Part shown: positions 8,716 to 18,819 of the stretch, piece by piece | Position numbering within the stretch: the stretch's first letter is position 1 | Layout: every line of letters begins with the position of its first letter | Origin: a virus | DNA: 64,000 bases | Reading direction: 5' to 3' (one strand) | Virus record (IMG/VR): IMGVR_UViG_3300017917_003388 | Coordinates: 64,001-128,000 of that record | Made by a program: the position numbers and the translations under genes | The notes under the pieces: generated by a model | What the model was told of the DNA's origin: nothing | Seen by the model: the letters and a program-made list of their open reading frames with translations, nothing else | Databases searched by the model: none

Positions 8716-8838
8716 TTATTTATTTAAAAGATTTACAACAATTATTATTTGGATAATAAGAACTATTATCCCTATAATGGTTCTAATCAATTCCATTCGA
8801 TTTTTATATTTAGATAATTTTTGTTCTAAATTTTTCAT
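8716..8838 (-). CDS. 40-aa membrane peptide (not in ORF track)
   Basis: MKNLEQKLSKYKNRMELIRTIIGIIVLIIQIIIVVNLLNK*; ATGA overlap with the nrdB stop; one TM helix. Confidence 0.6.
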   Translation of the reverse strand: MKNLEQKLSKYKNRMELIRTIIGIIVLIIQIIIVVNLLNK

Positions 8839-9788
8839 AAATCATCCCAATCTCCAATAGATTTTGAATAATTTGTTACACGTGAAGCAAAAAAATCAGT
8901 ATGACTATGTCCGCTTGTTAAGTGACCAAACCACTCCATTTGTTTTAATAAATTAGGATCAATATCATTATATATTGCTTTATAACCTAATTCAATCATC
9001 TTTTCATTAGCTCGAGCTTTAATAAAATTTTTCAATTGATCTTTAGTTAAATTTTCTATATCACCCATTTCAAATGCTTTATCTATAAAATCAAATTCTA
9101 ATTTCACAGATAAATGGCAAGCTTCTGTAACTAATACTCTTAATTCATCTGTATTTAATTCAGATTGTTCTTCTAATAATGTTCTAAATAACCAACATCC
9201 TGCTTTTGAATGTAGTGATTCATCTCTAACACTCCATTCAACAATTTGAGCTGTACCTTTCATCATGTTACGAAGTTGAAATGACATCAATATTGCAAAT
9301 GATGAAAATAAATTAACACCTTCAGTAAACGCTGAGAATATAGCTAATGATAAAGCTTTTTCTTCTAATGTTTCGCCTGGTACTTCAATTAAACGATCAA
9401 TTTTGGCTTTTGCTTCTTCATCTTCTAAAAATGCTTTAAAATCATCTAAACCTAATTCTTCATTCAATCTAGAATATGCTTCAGCATGAATACTTTCAAA
9501 ATCAGCAAACACACGAGCCATAGCTTGAATTTCGGGTTTTGGAAACCAAACTGATACTTTTGTCGACCAATAGTCATTTACATGTACTTCAGTTTGTGCA
9601 AATGATTTTAATATGTTTCCTATTAAATTTTTTTCAGATTTTGTTAATTTTAATTTCCAATCGTTTAAATCAGAAGCAAGTGGTACTTCATCTGCTATCC
9701 AATGCGCTCTATGTTGATCTTTATAAAAATCAAAAGCTGTTTGATATTCAAATGGTTTATAATAAATTCTAGGTTCTAATATGTTCAT
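8835..9788 (-). CDS. nrdB: class I ribonucleotide reductase beta subunit
   Basis: KPFEY, HW, ESIHAEAY, EGVNLFSSF, RDESLH, DFF motifs. Confidence 0.95.
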   Translation of the reverse strand: MNILEPRIYYKPFEYQTAFDFYKDQHRAHWIADEVPLASDLNDWKLKLTKSEKNLIGNILKSFAQTEVHVNDYWSTKVSVWFPKPEIQAMARVFADFESIHAEAYSRLNEELGLDDFKAFLEDEEAKAKIDRLIEVPGETLEEKALSLAIFSAFTEGVNLFSSFAILMSFQLRNMMKGTAQIVEWSVRDESLHSKAGCWLFRTLLEEQSELNTDELRVLVTEACHLSVKLEFDFIDKAFEMGDIENLTKDQLKNFIKARANEKMIELGYKAIYNDIDPNLLKQMEWFGHLTSGHSHTDFFASRVTNYSKSIGDWDDL

Positions 9789-9816
9789 AGATAAAATTTT
9801 GATATGATAATAAATA

Positions 9817-11199
9817 TTATAAATCCATTTTTACAAATTGATTTCTAAGAAATTCTTTTTCATCATCAAAAACGCCTATACTATCAGGTTTAGATGATGA
9901 TTTTTCATATATATCCAAATCTAACTCATCTTCATCTATCTCTATATGTCCTGTTTTAGTATCTATAGTTGAACTATATGTTACTCCATCTACTCCATAT
10001 CTATTTCCCATAATATGCCATCTTCCTGTTCCATTTAATCTATCTTTTCTTCCTCTAGCTAAAGATATAATTATATCACCGATCATTATCTTATCAAAAC
10101 TTCCAGCAATGTGGCTACTTTCTAATATATCTTTTTCTGCTCCTGATCTATTAGCTTGAGATGGGGATATTATAGGAATATCTAATTCTTTGGCTAATCC
10201 TTTAGCATCCGTATATACATCATCTATATCGTCTTTTCTTTCTTTTCTAGAATTTCTATTTTTCAATAAATCTAAATAGTCAATAAATACAGCATCTATA
10301 TTAAATGTTGAATCTTCATTTCTTTCTTGTTCTAATACTTGATTTATATGAGTTTCGATTGTTGATAATGAAGCTCGTTTTGGTGAATATCCCTTTATTA
10401 TTAATTTACCAGGAATAGATGACATTATTTCATCTACTTTATCTCTATGTTTATCAATTTCGTCGACAGGTATGCCTGTAAAATAAGCATCAAATCTTTT
10501 CCCAACATATGATTCCCCCAATTCTAATGCATAATAAATAACATTATATCCCAATCTCATAGCTTCAGCAGCCATAGCTACTATAGACCATGATTTACCT
10601 CCTTTAGGATTACCAAATATTAAAACCAAATCCCCCTTACCATACCCACCCTGGGTTATCTTATTGAAAGTATTCCAAGGAAATGGAATAGGAGAACGTT
10701 CTTCATCTCTATACCTAGTTTCAACATCTTTATTATATTCATGTCCTATATTTCTATCTTGTCCTGATTTCAAAGCATTATTAACAACACGTCTAATTGA
10801 GTCATAGTCTCCTTCTTTTAATAAGTCAACTGAATTTAATAATGCATTTTTTAATTGTTGGTTTTTACAAAAATTAGTAAATTCAGTTTTAATATATGGT
10901 AAGTCGTTACCTTCAGATAAAGAATAAGCTTCTTTAAGTTGTTCTTTTATTGATATCTGAAGGATATCATTTTCAACTCTTTTCAGTTCGGTTTTTAACA
11001 CATCCATTGTTGGATTACAATGGTATTTATTATAATATTTGATAGATTCATTAACTATCCATTTTTGAGCTGAATTTGAGAAATAATCTTCATTTAATAT
11101 ATCATTAACATTTTGTAAAAATGATTTATCTGTTAATAATGCAGATATAACCTTTGTTTGGAATGAAATTCCATAATTTTCTAAACTATTTAAAGTCAC
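9817..11199 (-). CDS. DnaB/gp41-like replicative helicase
   Basis: Walker A GNPKGGKS, FIDYLDLL, SQANR; GTG start. Confidence 0.9.
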   Translation of the reverse strand: MTLNSLENYGISFQTKVISALLTDKSFLQNVNDILNEDYFSNSAQKWIVNESIKYYNKYHCNPTMDVLKTELKRVENDILQISIKEQLKEAYSLSEGNDLPYIKTEFTNFCKNQQLKNALLNSVDLLKEGDYDSIRRVVNNALKSGQDRNIGHEYNKDVETRYRDEERSPIPFPWNTFNKITQGGYGKGDLVLIFGNPKGGKSWSIVAMAAEAMRLGYNVIYYALELGESYVGKRFDAYFTGIPVDEIDKHRDKVDEIMSSIPGKLIIKGYSPKRASLSTIETHINQVLEQERNEDSTFNIDAVFIDYLDLLKNRNSRKERKDDIDDVYTDAKGLAKELDIPIISPSQANRSGAEKDILESSHIAGSFDKIMIGDIIISLARGRKDRLNGTGRWHIMGNRYGVDGVTYSSTIDTKTGHIEIDEDELDLDIYEKSSSKPDSIGVFDDEKEFLRNQFVKMDL

Positions 11200-11216
11200 A
11201 ACTTTTTATTTTTTAA

Positions 11217-12260
11217 TTAATTAATTTTTAATTTATTATATCTATGTAGTTTTATCCAAGTATTTCTAAGCCAAAATTCTACATTTTTCAAAATGTGTCC
11301 TAATCCATCGCTGTTATATAAGCTAATAAATTTAGGAATATCTAATGTAGGATTTACAAAGTTAGATAAAATTAATATTTCTTTTTTTTCATCTTCATCA
11401 ATCATTGGGTTATCTAAACTCATTATTTTCCTATTTATTTTCAATTGTTCATAATTAAAAATTATTTTTGAATATAATATATGATCTTTATATTTGGATT
11501 CACAAATTTTAAATATATCTTCTAATGATATTTTATCACAACCAAAAATCTCAGGAAATAATTTTTCTATCTTTTTTTTACCTAATCCCTTAATACCTTC
11601 TATTTTATCTGAAGTATCACCAGTTAGTGTTCTATATGTTAGAAAATTATAAGGATAAACACCGAATCTATTTTTTAAATCAGCAGAATAATAAAATTTT
11701 TTTTCCATAGAAGCATACACAGTGATATTATCATCTATTAATTGAAAAAAATCTTTATCTGATGAAACTACATATACCTTATCTCCATTTTTTGATAATT
11801 CCTTACTCATAAAAGCTATAACATCATCTGCTTCAACTTTATCTAAAGAAATTATATTAACAGGAAGACATTTTAAATAATGAATTAATCTAGATATTTG
11901 ATTTAATTTGGATTCATCTTCATCTTCAATGTTATCAAAAACATATTTATTTACTCGAGTTGTATTTCGTCCTGATTTATATTCGGGGAGTAGGTTCTTT
12001 CTATTAATAGTAGAACCTACTCCATCAAATATAATTTGTACAGATGTTGGGTTAATCTGATTAACTAATGAACCTAAAGATCTAAGAAAACCCCCTAACC
12101 CACCAATATGAATACCATTTGTATTAACATAATTTAAAACAGCAAAATTTCTATAAAATAGATTTAAACCATCAATAATCAAAATACGTTGAGTATCATT
12201 TGGTGATAGACTGTCGTCTTTGATGTTTTCTAAAATTTTTAATAAATCTTTATGTTCCAT
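11217..12260 (-). CDS. 5'-3' exonuclease / T4 RNase H-like flap endonuclease
   Basis: IIDGLN, FDG, YKSGR, EADDVI, SSDKDF, GDTSDKIEGIKGLG. Confidence 0.92.
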   Translation of the reverse strand: MEHKDLLKILENIKDDSLSPNDTQRILIIDGLNLFYRNFAVLNYVNTNGIHIGGLGGFLRSLGSLVNQINPTSVQIIFDGVGSTINRKNLLPEYKSGRNTTRVNKYVFDNIEDEDESKLNQISRLIHYLKCLPVNIISLDKVEADDVIAFMSKELSKNGDKVYVVSSDKDFFQLIDDNITVYASMEKKFYYSADLKNRFGVYPYNFLTYRTLTGDTSDKIEGIKGLGKKKIEKLFPEIFGCDKISLEDIFKICESKYKDHILYSKIIFNYEQLKINRKIMSLDNPMIDEDEKKEILILSNFVNPTLDIPKFISLYNSDGLGHILKNVEFWLRNTWIKLHRYNKLKIN

Positions 12261-12272
12261 ATAGTTATTTTT

Positions 12273-13346
12273 TTATTCCTCTTCTATTAAAGGAATAGAA
12301 TCTTTACTTTCTTCCCATTCTGAAGTATCTTCTATTAAGTCTACATCCACGCTACCTAATATACTAACCCATTCATTTGCATATTTTTTCTTATATGATG
12401 CTATATCTTGTTCATTGATAAAACCATGAATTGTAGCTATTACTGTACTTTTTGTTTGGAGTCCAGTAACGTGGTTTTTATCACAAGCCACTTTAGTACG
12501 AACAGCAAATTCAACTTCTTTTCCATTTTTAGTAGCTTTAATTTTACTAGTACCACTATTAGTAATATTACCAAATGTAAGCACAATCGAAGCATCTAAA
12601 AACATTGTCTCACCATTTTTCATTTTCATTTTGGGTTGAGCCATGATATTTTCAGCAGGAGCAACCCATATTTTATTAATAGCTACTAATGAATTTGTAT
12701 ATGGAGAGTTTTCTTTTCTTGATAAAGGAAAACGTTGATTAATAAAATTACCAAATTGCTGAGACATAGCTCCAGCATTCCACATTGGATTATTTTTGTT
12801 TGCTTCTACACTCATTTTACAAGGAATAGAACCTATTGAATCCCAAAAGAAACATAAATCATAAGGTAAATTACCTTTACGTTGTTCATCTAGTAAATCA
12901 GCTATAAATTCAGCTACATCTTCAATTGTATTTAAAGAACTTCTATCAGCATATATAAAAAATCCTTTATAATCTGTAACTTCTCCTGTATTTTCATCAA
13001 TTACATCTTCAATTTGGAATCCCATCTGTTTAGCATGTTCCCAAGACCATTTCATTTCAGTAATTATAAATACTGGTAATATTCCCATTTTCTGAGCACT
13101 AATTGCTAATTCAAGTAAAGCTGTAGTTTTACCTGTATTACTATGTCCTCTTAACAATGTAATATGACCTAATGGAGCACCAGGGATAGAAATAGAATCT
13201 TGTAATGCTTTTGAAAATTGAATCCATTTTTGCTCTTTAAACTTAACAGTTGAATTTAATGATTTTTTTTCTTTAAACTTATCAAGATTAAAGTCCGATT
13301 TCAGTTCAGCACTAACTGCTGCTGAAAGTGATGATTTTTTAGCCAT
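12273..13346 (-). CDS. uvsX: UvsX/RecA-like recombinase
   Basis: Walker A GHSNTGKT, Walker B FFWDSIG; located between SSB and exonuclease. Confidence 0.8.
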   Translation of the reverse strand: MAKKSSLSAAVSAELKSDFNLDKFKEKKSLNSTVKFKEQKWIQFSKALQDSISIPGAPLGHITLLRGHSNTGKTTALLELAISAQKMGILPVFIITEMKWSWEHAKQMGFQIEDVIDENTGEVTDYKGFFIYADRSSLNTIEDVAEFIADLLDEQRKGNLPYDLCFFWDSIGSIPCKMSVEANKNNPMWNAGAMSQQFGNFINQRFPLSRKENSPYTNSLVAINKIWVAPAENIMAQPKMKMKNGETMFLDASIVLTFGNITNSGTSKIKATKNGKEVEFAVRTKVACDKNHVTGLQTKSTVIATIHGFINEQDIASYKKKYANEWVSILGSVDVDLIEDTSEWEESKDSIPLIEEE

Positions 13347-13356
13347 AAAATTTTAA

Positions 13357-14190
13357 TTAATCTTTTTCGTCAAATAATTCTTCAAATTTTTTAGACGATG
13401 ATTTTTTACCAGAAGGTGGGGTTATTTTTTGTTGAGGATTTTCATTTATAAATGGAGACTCAGTTTCATCTGAAGTTTCATCATTTTCGGTTTCATCTGA
13501 GGTTTCATCTTCAGGATTTAACCAATTTTGTAAAATTCCTTTCATTTGATCAAAACTCATTTTAAATGTACTTTGAAAATCAAGAATATTAGTTTGTTCT
13601 TCTAACCATTTTTCAACTTCTGATTTATCTGTACTTAATGGGGAAGTTTTAGGTTTAATACGAATAGTCGATTTTAATCCTTTTTTTCCACCAATATCAC
13701 CAATAACTGCTTCAAGAGTAAAATCTCTACCATCTGTGATACTAGTATAATCACCATAATCTTCATCATCAGCAATTCCTAATAATTGCATGTATATCTC
13801 CTTCCCAAATTCCCAAAGACGTACTCCTTTATCTTCTTCACCTCTAACTATAACTGGAGCGAATACTCTCATTTTTGGTTCTAATTTTCTAGCTAAGGAC
13901 CAACTTTCTTTATCGTTAGTTGATTTAAGTTGTTTACAAAATTCTACAATAGGATCTTTTTCTCCCCAGTTTGTTAAAGCATATAATGGAAATTTAGCAA
14001 ACCCGTAATGAACAAACACTTCAGTAAATGGGTTGTTTTTGTCAAATTTTGAAGGAACAATACGAATTTGATATTTACCTTCTTGTTTTGGTTTCCATAG
14101 ATATTTACTATAATCTATTTTTTCTTTGTCTTTTTTCTGCCCTTGCGATTGAAGAGCACTTAATTTACTTTTTATTGATTTTAAATCCAT
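13357..14190 (-). CDS. gp32-like single-stranded DNA-binding protein
   Basis: LWKP..G..QIRIVP, DPIVE, LWEFGK, GRDF, acidic C-terminal tail. Confidence 0.88.
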   Translation of the reverse strand: MDLKSIKSKLSALQSQGQKKDKEKIDYSKYLWKPKQEGKYQIRIVPSKFDKNNPFTEVFVHYGFAKFPLYALTNWGEKDPIVEFCKQLKSTNDKESWSLARKLEPKMRVFAPVIVRGEEDKGVRLWEFGKEIYMQLLGIADDEDYGDYTSITDGRDFTLEAVIGDIGGKKGLKSTIRIKPKTSPLSTDKSEVEKWLEEQTNILDFQSTFKMSFDQMKGILQNWLNPEDETSDETENDETSDETESPFINENPQQKITPPSGKKSSSKKFEELFDEKD

Positions 14191-14217
14191 AATTATTTGG
14201 TTTTTAAGTTACTTATT

Positions 14218-14249
14218 TAAATATATTACTTTTTATTTGAATGGCCAAA
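14218..14249 (-). promoter_or_regulatory. Bacteroidota-type promoter for the ssb-uvsX-exonuclease-helicase operon (TTTG-N20-TATATTTA)
   Basis: TTTG and TATATTTA spaced by exactly 20 nt. Confidence 0.6.
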
Positions 14250-14325
14250 TTTGAAAATTATAAAATTTTATACGACGAGCCTTATTATATGTAATGTATG
14301 TTCGAGTTAATGTTAATTTATCCTA

Positions 14326-14775
14326 TTATAGATTAATTATTTTATATAATGTAGTATTTAATTGTTTGAAATTTCCATGTTGGGTTAATAATATACTATT
14401 TCTATAGTTACCCCAATTTATAGGATATGAGACATCTAAATATCCATCATTTAATGTTTTGATTAATTCATTTAAAGCATTTATTGAATATAAAACATTA
14501 TATTCTTTTTTGCGGTGAACTAATATTGTGTTAGAAAGTATATTACTTATATTACCTTGTTCTACATTGTATGTAACAACATATTCGTTTGTATCTTTAA
14601 CAAATAAAATAAATAACTTATTATACATAATTTCATATTTAGAAATTAGGTGATCTAATAATTTATCTAAATTATCATTAGAAGTAAAGGTTGCAAATAA
14701 TCTGTTATTCATATTGTTATAATCGATATATAAATCATATTGATTATAAATATTATATTCTTCACATAAAGTCAT
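14326..14775 (-). CDS. hypothetical protein of the replication module
   Basis: intact ORF directly after the polymerase; NTILVHRKKEYNVLYSINALN motif; true start may be a downstream Met. Confidence 0.7.
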   Translation of the reverse strand: MTLCEEYNIYNQYDLYIDYNNMNNRLFATFTSNDNLDKLLDHLISKYEIMYNKLFILFVKDTNEYVVTYNVEQGNISNILSNTILVHRKKEYNVLYSINALNELIKTLNDGYLDVSYPINWGNYRNSILLTQHGNFKQLNTTLYKIINL

Positions 14776-14776
14776 A

Positions 14777-16060
14777 TTAATTCAAAATCATAGAATTATA
14801 ATTAATCCCATTAGTTATTTTAATATCTAAGTTAAATTTTTTAAATATATCTAATATTTGTGATAAAATATCTTCATCTTGTTTACAAAAATCCAATAAA
14901 ATAGAATCATAAGTATATAATACTATTTTACTATTTCTATCGATTAATAGTTTCAAAATATCCCACATTATTAATATATTTGTTGATGTTTCTAAATTCT
15001 GCAATACATAATTAAATAACTTTTGTGGGGATAAATTTAAATTTTTATCAAAAATATCACCTGATATATCACATTTTATATAACCTTGTTTATTATATGT
15101 TTCCCACAATTCATTAATATAATTATGGGTTAAATTAAAAAATGGAATATCTTTATACTCATGGTTTATTCCTCCATATAATTGTTTAAACATTAGAATT
15201 TTAGCATCATTTACATCTATATTTGCTATTTCAGATAAATAAACATATGGATTTTTATTTTGAAAATCAAATTTTACCAATTGGGATACTAATGTTGGAT
15301 GATATGCTTTGATATCTATTTCTATAAATTTATCATTACTTGGGATAAATGATTCTCTACATCCATTATCTTTATTTAAGGCAGCAAAATTAATATTGTT
15401 AAATCGATTAGATGGTCTTCCGGTTGTGTTATACAAATTATACTGAGTGTATATAAAATCATCATTAATAGAAAAATGTGGGTTGTCTAATTTAAAATAA
15501 GTATTGAATATACTTGGATTTATTTTTATACCACTTTGTTCTATTAAATAGAAAACATTTATTCTTTTATTATTAAAAGATTTATTATTAACATAACAAT
15601 ATTTTTTTATTTTATCAAATATGTTTTCACATACTTCAAAATGTTTAACTAATGGGATTATTTTATTTATAGAAGGAACATATCCATATCTTTGAAAGAA
15701 TTTATATATTTGATAATTTTCTTCCATAATATCATCACCAACCATATTAAATGATATATCTATTATATTATTTAAACAAAAATGATATTTAAATGTTTTA
15801 GCATTTCTAACATATATATATTTAAAATTCTTAAATAAATTCTCTATATAATTTATATCAACAGAAAATGATTCAGAATGATCTACACATATTATGTAAC
15901 CTTTACTATCAACATTTATTGGTTTTAAATATAATAAGGATATACCATTAAATAATGGATGTAGGTTATTATCTAAATATATAGGTTCAATAAAAACTTC
16001 ACTATAATTTAAATCACAAAATTCATCTAATTGTTTACTATTTTCTATAATATAAAACAT
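14777..16060 (-). CDS. compact family A DNA polymerase
   Basis: TTGRPS, motif A EIDIKAYHP, motif B AKILMFKQLYG, FNYVLQ, motif C YTYDSILLD; likely start ATG at 16060 (MFYIIE) rather than 16102. Confidence 0.85.
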   Translation of the reverse strand: MFYIIENSKQLDEFCDLNYSEVFIEPIYLDNNLHPLFNGISLLYLKPINVDSKGYIICVDHSESFSVDINYIENLFKNFKYIYVRNAKTFKYHFCLNNIIDISFNMVGDDIMEENYQIYKFFQRYGYVPSINKIIPLVKHFEVCENIFDKIKKYCYVNNKSFNNKRINVFYLIEQSGIKINPSIFNTYFKLDNPHFSINDDFIYTQYNLYNTTGRPSNRFNNINFAALNKDNGCRESFIPSNDKFIEIDIKAYHPTLVSQLVKFDFQNKNPYVYLSEIANIDVNDAKILMFKQLYGGINHEYKDIPFFNLTHNYINELWETYNKQGYIKCDISGDIFDKNLNLSPQKLFNYVLQNLETSTNILIMWDILKLLIDRNSKIVLYTYDSILLDFCKQDEDILSQILDIFKKFNLDIKITNGINYNSMILN

Positions 16061-16107
16061 AACTTTTTTCTTAAAGATAAATACAATAATTTTGTAAATC
16101 AATTTAT

Positions 16108-16182
16108 AAAAAAAAAAACACTCAAGGTAGCGAACAATGAGTGTTTTTACGTAGCCTAAACTACAACGGGTCCTAAGTCCGT
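16108..16182 (-). ncRNA. candidate structured RNA: two small hairpins plus a terminator-like stem with U-tract upstream of the polymerase
   Basis: GC-enriched island: ACGG-ACUUAGGAC-CCGU, GUAGU-UUAG-GCUAC, AAAAACACUCA-loop-UGAGUGUUUUU followed by more U. Confidence 0.45.
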
Positions 16183-16188
16183 ATATTT

Positions 16189-16800
16189 TTATGATTTATA
16201 ATATTTTACAAAATCACCAATATATTCTGATAATTTAGGGAGTTTTGATTGATATGATATTAATTCTGTCATATTTTTATTAGTTTTATATACTTGTTCT
16301 TTAATACCTGTTAATTTCCAAGGAATTAAAAATGGGGAATATAATTGATATAATATTTGTGAATTTTTAGATTTCAATTTATCATATGTTTCTAAATTTA
16401 TTTCTATATATATTAATTCATTATTTTTTTTACAAAAATATCTATTAAATTCTCCATTATTATAATCTTCAGCATTAGGTATATTAGGTATATATAAAGG
16501 TACCAATGGTGGTGGTGGTGGAGAAGTTAAAGTTATGTATATGTTAGTAGAAGTATTAAAGTTGTTATAATATGAATAATTATTATCTGTTGATATATAA
16601 TTTGTTGTATCCTCTTGATTTTCAATGTATTTAATAATTTCCTCATTCGGTAAACTTTGTGGAGTTTTACCAGTAAAAAATTTACCATCAGATGTTTTCC
16701 AATAATATCCAGAATATGGGGTATTATTAGATAGAAACACAAATTCCCCCCCATTAGTAAATAAATTACACGTTACTTGAGATAATGGATAATATGTCAT
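16189..16800 (-). CDS. hypothetical protein at the end of the baseplate operon
   Basis: intact 203-aa ORF overlapping the stop of the upstream gene. Confidence 0.7.
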   Translation of the reverse strand: MTYYPLSQVTCNLFTNGGEFVFLSNNTPYSGYYWKTSDGKFFTGKTPQSLPNEEIIKYIENQEDTTNYISTDNNYSYYNNFNTSTNIYITLTSPPPPPLVPLYIPNIPNAEDYNNGEFNRYFCKKNNELIYIEINLETYDKLKSKNSQILYQLYSPFLIPWKLTGIKEQVYKTNKNMTELISYQSKLPKLSEYIGDFVKYYKS

Positions 16801-18776
16801 GATATTAATTGAGGTATATTTTTAGGTGGAGGTAAAGCTGCTAATTTTCCTTTATCATATAATTGAGATTTCCCTGAATAATTCCAGAAAAATGTATTAC
16901 TAACATCTACTAATTTATTTTCATATAATATTTTGTCTCTTTTTATTTCACCAACAGCGTTTTTATTTTTAGGTGAATATGCTAAAAATTCAGTTCTTGA
17001 ACCTACAAATTGTTTAGAATTTAATTTTAAATTAGGGTTGGTTATAGCATTATACCCTATATCTATGTGTTGAGATGCAATTTCTTTTGAAATTTTTTTA
17101 GCATTTTGATATGCTATGATAGCGGTTTCCCTATCAACTATATTAGTCCAATCTTTATAATTTCTAAACACTGGTTCATATTGACCTGGACTTAATATTA
17201 TATCTTTTAATGTTTTTCCATAAGTCCCAGCATTTAATCTATTATATATAGATTGAGCTACATCTGATATTCCCTGTGGATAATATATATAATTTTCAGC
17301 TACACAAATTGCTATTAATGTCCATAAATCTTCATCAGGAGTAGATGAATAAAATGATTTTAATTGATCTATGGATGTGTTAGTTTTTTGATTTTTAGAT
17401 AAATTTAATGGATTGTTGTATATTTCATCACCTTTAGATATAGCTATAGATTCTATAGTTACTAACCATTCATTATTTTCGATCTTATGTATTATATTTT
17501 TTATTAAAAATTCAACATTATCTGAGTAATTAACAGGTAAAAATTCAGTATCAACTGAAAATTTATTGTATATTTTCATACCTGATAACCCATCCATTGT
17601 TAAAGATAAATTAAAAGGTATAAATCCAGTTGATGGGGAGAATATATTTGTATTTTTACCTTGTTTATTCAAATATGCTTGTTGCCATTGTTGTCTATAA
17701 TCTAATATGTTAGTTAATACATCTTTATATGTTTCTGCTTCTCCTAAAGTAAATTGACCTGGATTATTTGATAATTTACCTATGTATTTCAAATAACTAA
17801 GATAAGTCCCAGCATATTTATTTTTTATAGCATTATATTCTGCTTCTTTTAGAGTTTCACCAAATTTATATTTATTATTACCTATAGTAATAGTATTAGT
17901 TAATTCAGATATCCCGTTACTTTCTGTTTCTGATTTACCTTGAGTAATGTTTTCTTTAAATCTATCTACTAAACCTATATTAAATTTGGAAAAAGCTGTT
18001 GAATTTTCTCCTACTACTTCACTATTTGCAGTTGCACCTACTGTTAACATAGTGGATAATTCAGGAGTAATTTCAGTAGTTAATGAAAAATTCTTAATAA
18101 AAGATGCACTTCCAGTACCATTTATATTATTATAACCGTAAAGGTCAAATAATGCTATTTGGCTTGGGATGTTATATCCTTCACTATTTAATATTTTAAT
18201 AACTTGTTCTAAATGAGGTATAGGATTAGAATCTCTAACTATTATAGTATTAGTTATTTCATCTATAGTAGCTTCTAATTTAACATTTCCCCCTAATGCG
18301 CTATTAATATTAGATAATAATGAATTTAATAAATCTACAAGTACTACCTTATTAGTAGATGCATTTTTTAATTCATCTAATTTAGTTAATACCCATGACA
18401 TACTTATATATATGTTCATTATTCTACCATATACTGTATTAGGTATGGTTGATAATAATTGACTATCAAATAATTCACCTTTACCATGAGTTATACTACG
18501 ATTTACTTGAGAAAAATTTGAGTCTAAACAATTTATATTTCTATTTAAAACACATATAGTAGGATCAAGACTAGTTTGATCAGCATTTATATACATTATA
18601 TTAGATTCAATATCGTAATTAAATTTCAATAAAGGAGTAGAAATATTTTGAGTTTCAACTTGGTACATTATATCTGTTTCTAAAAACTCTAGAAATGCTC
18701 CTAATCGAACATAAAATATTTCTTGTTCGCCCCCATTATTATTTCTAAATGTTAGTGATATTGAATCTATTGCCAT
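16797..18776 (-). CDS. baseplate hub-like protein with C-terminal SleB/Hydrolase_2-like cell-wall hydrolase domain
   Basis: C-terminal LIAICVAEN...VAQSIYNR...TLKDIILSPGQYEP; FIPFNLSLTMDGLSGMKIY hub-like segment; baseplate context. Confidence 0.65.
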   Translation of the reverse strand: MAIDSISLTFRNNNGGEQEIFYVRLGAFLEFLETDIMYQVETQNISTPLLKFNYDIESNIMYINADQTSLDPTICVLNRNINCLDSNFSQVNRSITHGKGELFDSQLLSTIPNTVYGRIMNIYISMSWVLTKLDELKNASTNKVVLVDLLNSLLSNINSALGGNVKLEATIDEITNTIIVRDSNPIPHLEQVIKILNSEGYNIPSQIALFDLYGYNNINGTGSASFIKNFSLTTEITPELSTMLTVGATANSEVVGENSTAFSKFNIGLVDRFKENITQGKSETESNGISELTNTITIGNNKYKFGETLKEAEYNAIKNKYAGTYLSYLKYIGKLSNNPGQFTLGEAETYKDVLTNILDYRQQWQQAYLNKQGKNTNIFSPSTGFIPFNLSLTMDGLSGMKIYNKFSVDTEFLPVNYSDNVEFLIKNIIHKIENNEWLVTIESIAISKGDEIYNNPLNLSKNQKTNTSIDQLKSFYSSTPDEDLWTLIAICVAENYIYYPQGISDVAQSIYNRLNAGTYGKTLKDIILSPGQYEPVFRNYKDWTNIVDRETAIIAYQNAKKISKEIASQHIDIGYNAITNPNLKLNSKQFVGSRTEFLAYSPKNKNAVGEIKRDKILYENKLVDVSNTFFWNYSGKSQLYDKGKLAALPPPKNIPQLIS

Positions 18777-18819
18777 TTTCTAATACTTTATATTTAATTT
18801 TGGGTTACTTATGATTCAA

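Noticed and set aside
14250-14325. Possible gp32 autoregulatory pseudoknot
   Set aside because: Only weak, short pairings found, and they lie upstream of the predicted promoter
16108-16182. Possible preQ1 riboswitch, tRNA or pistol/theta ribozyme
   Set aside because: Does not match those consensus structures by eye and is far from the que genes; kept only as an unclassified structured element
16533-16754. Alternative-frame minus-strand ORF (73 aa)
   Set aside because: Fully nested in the 16189-16800 gene with no recognisable features
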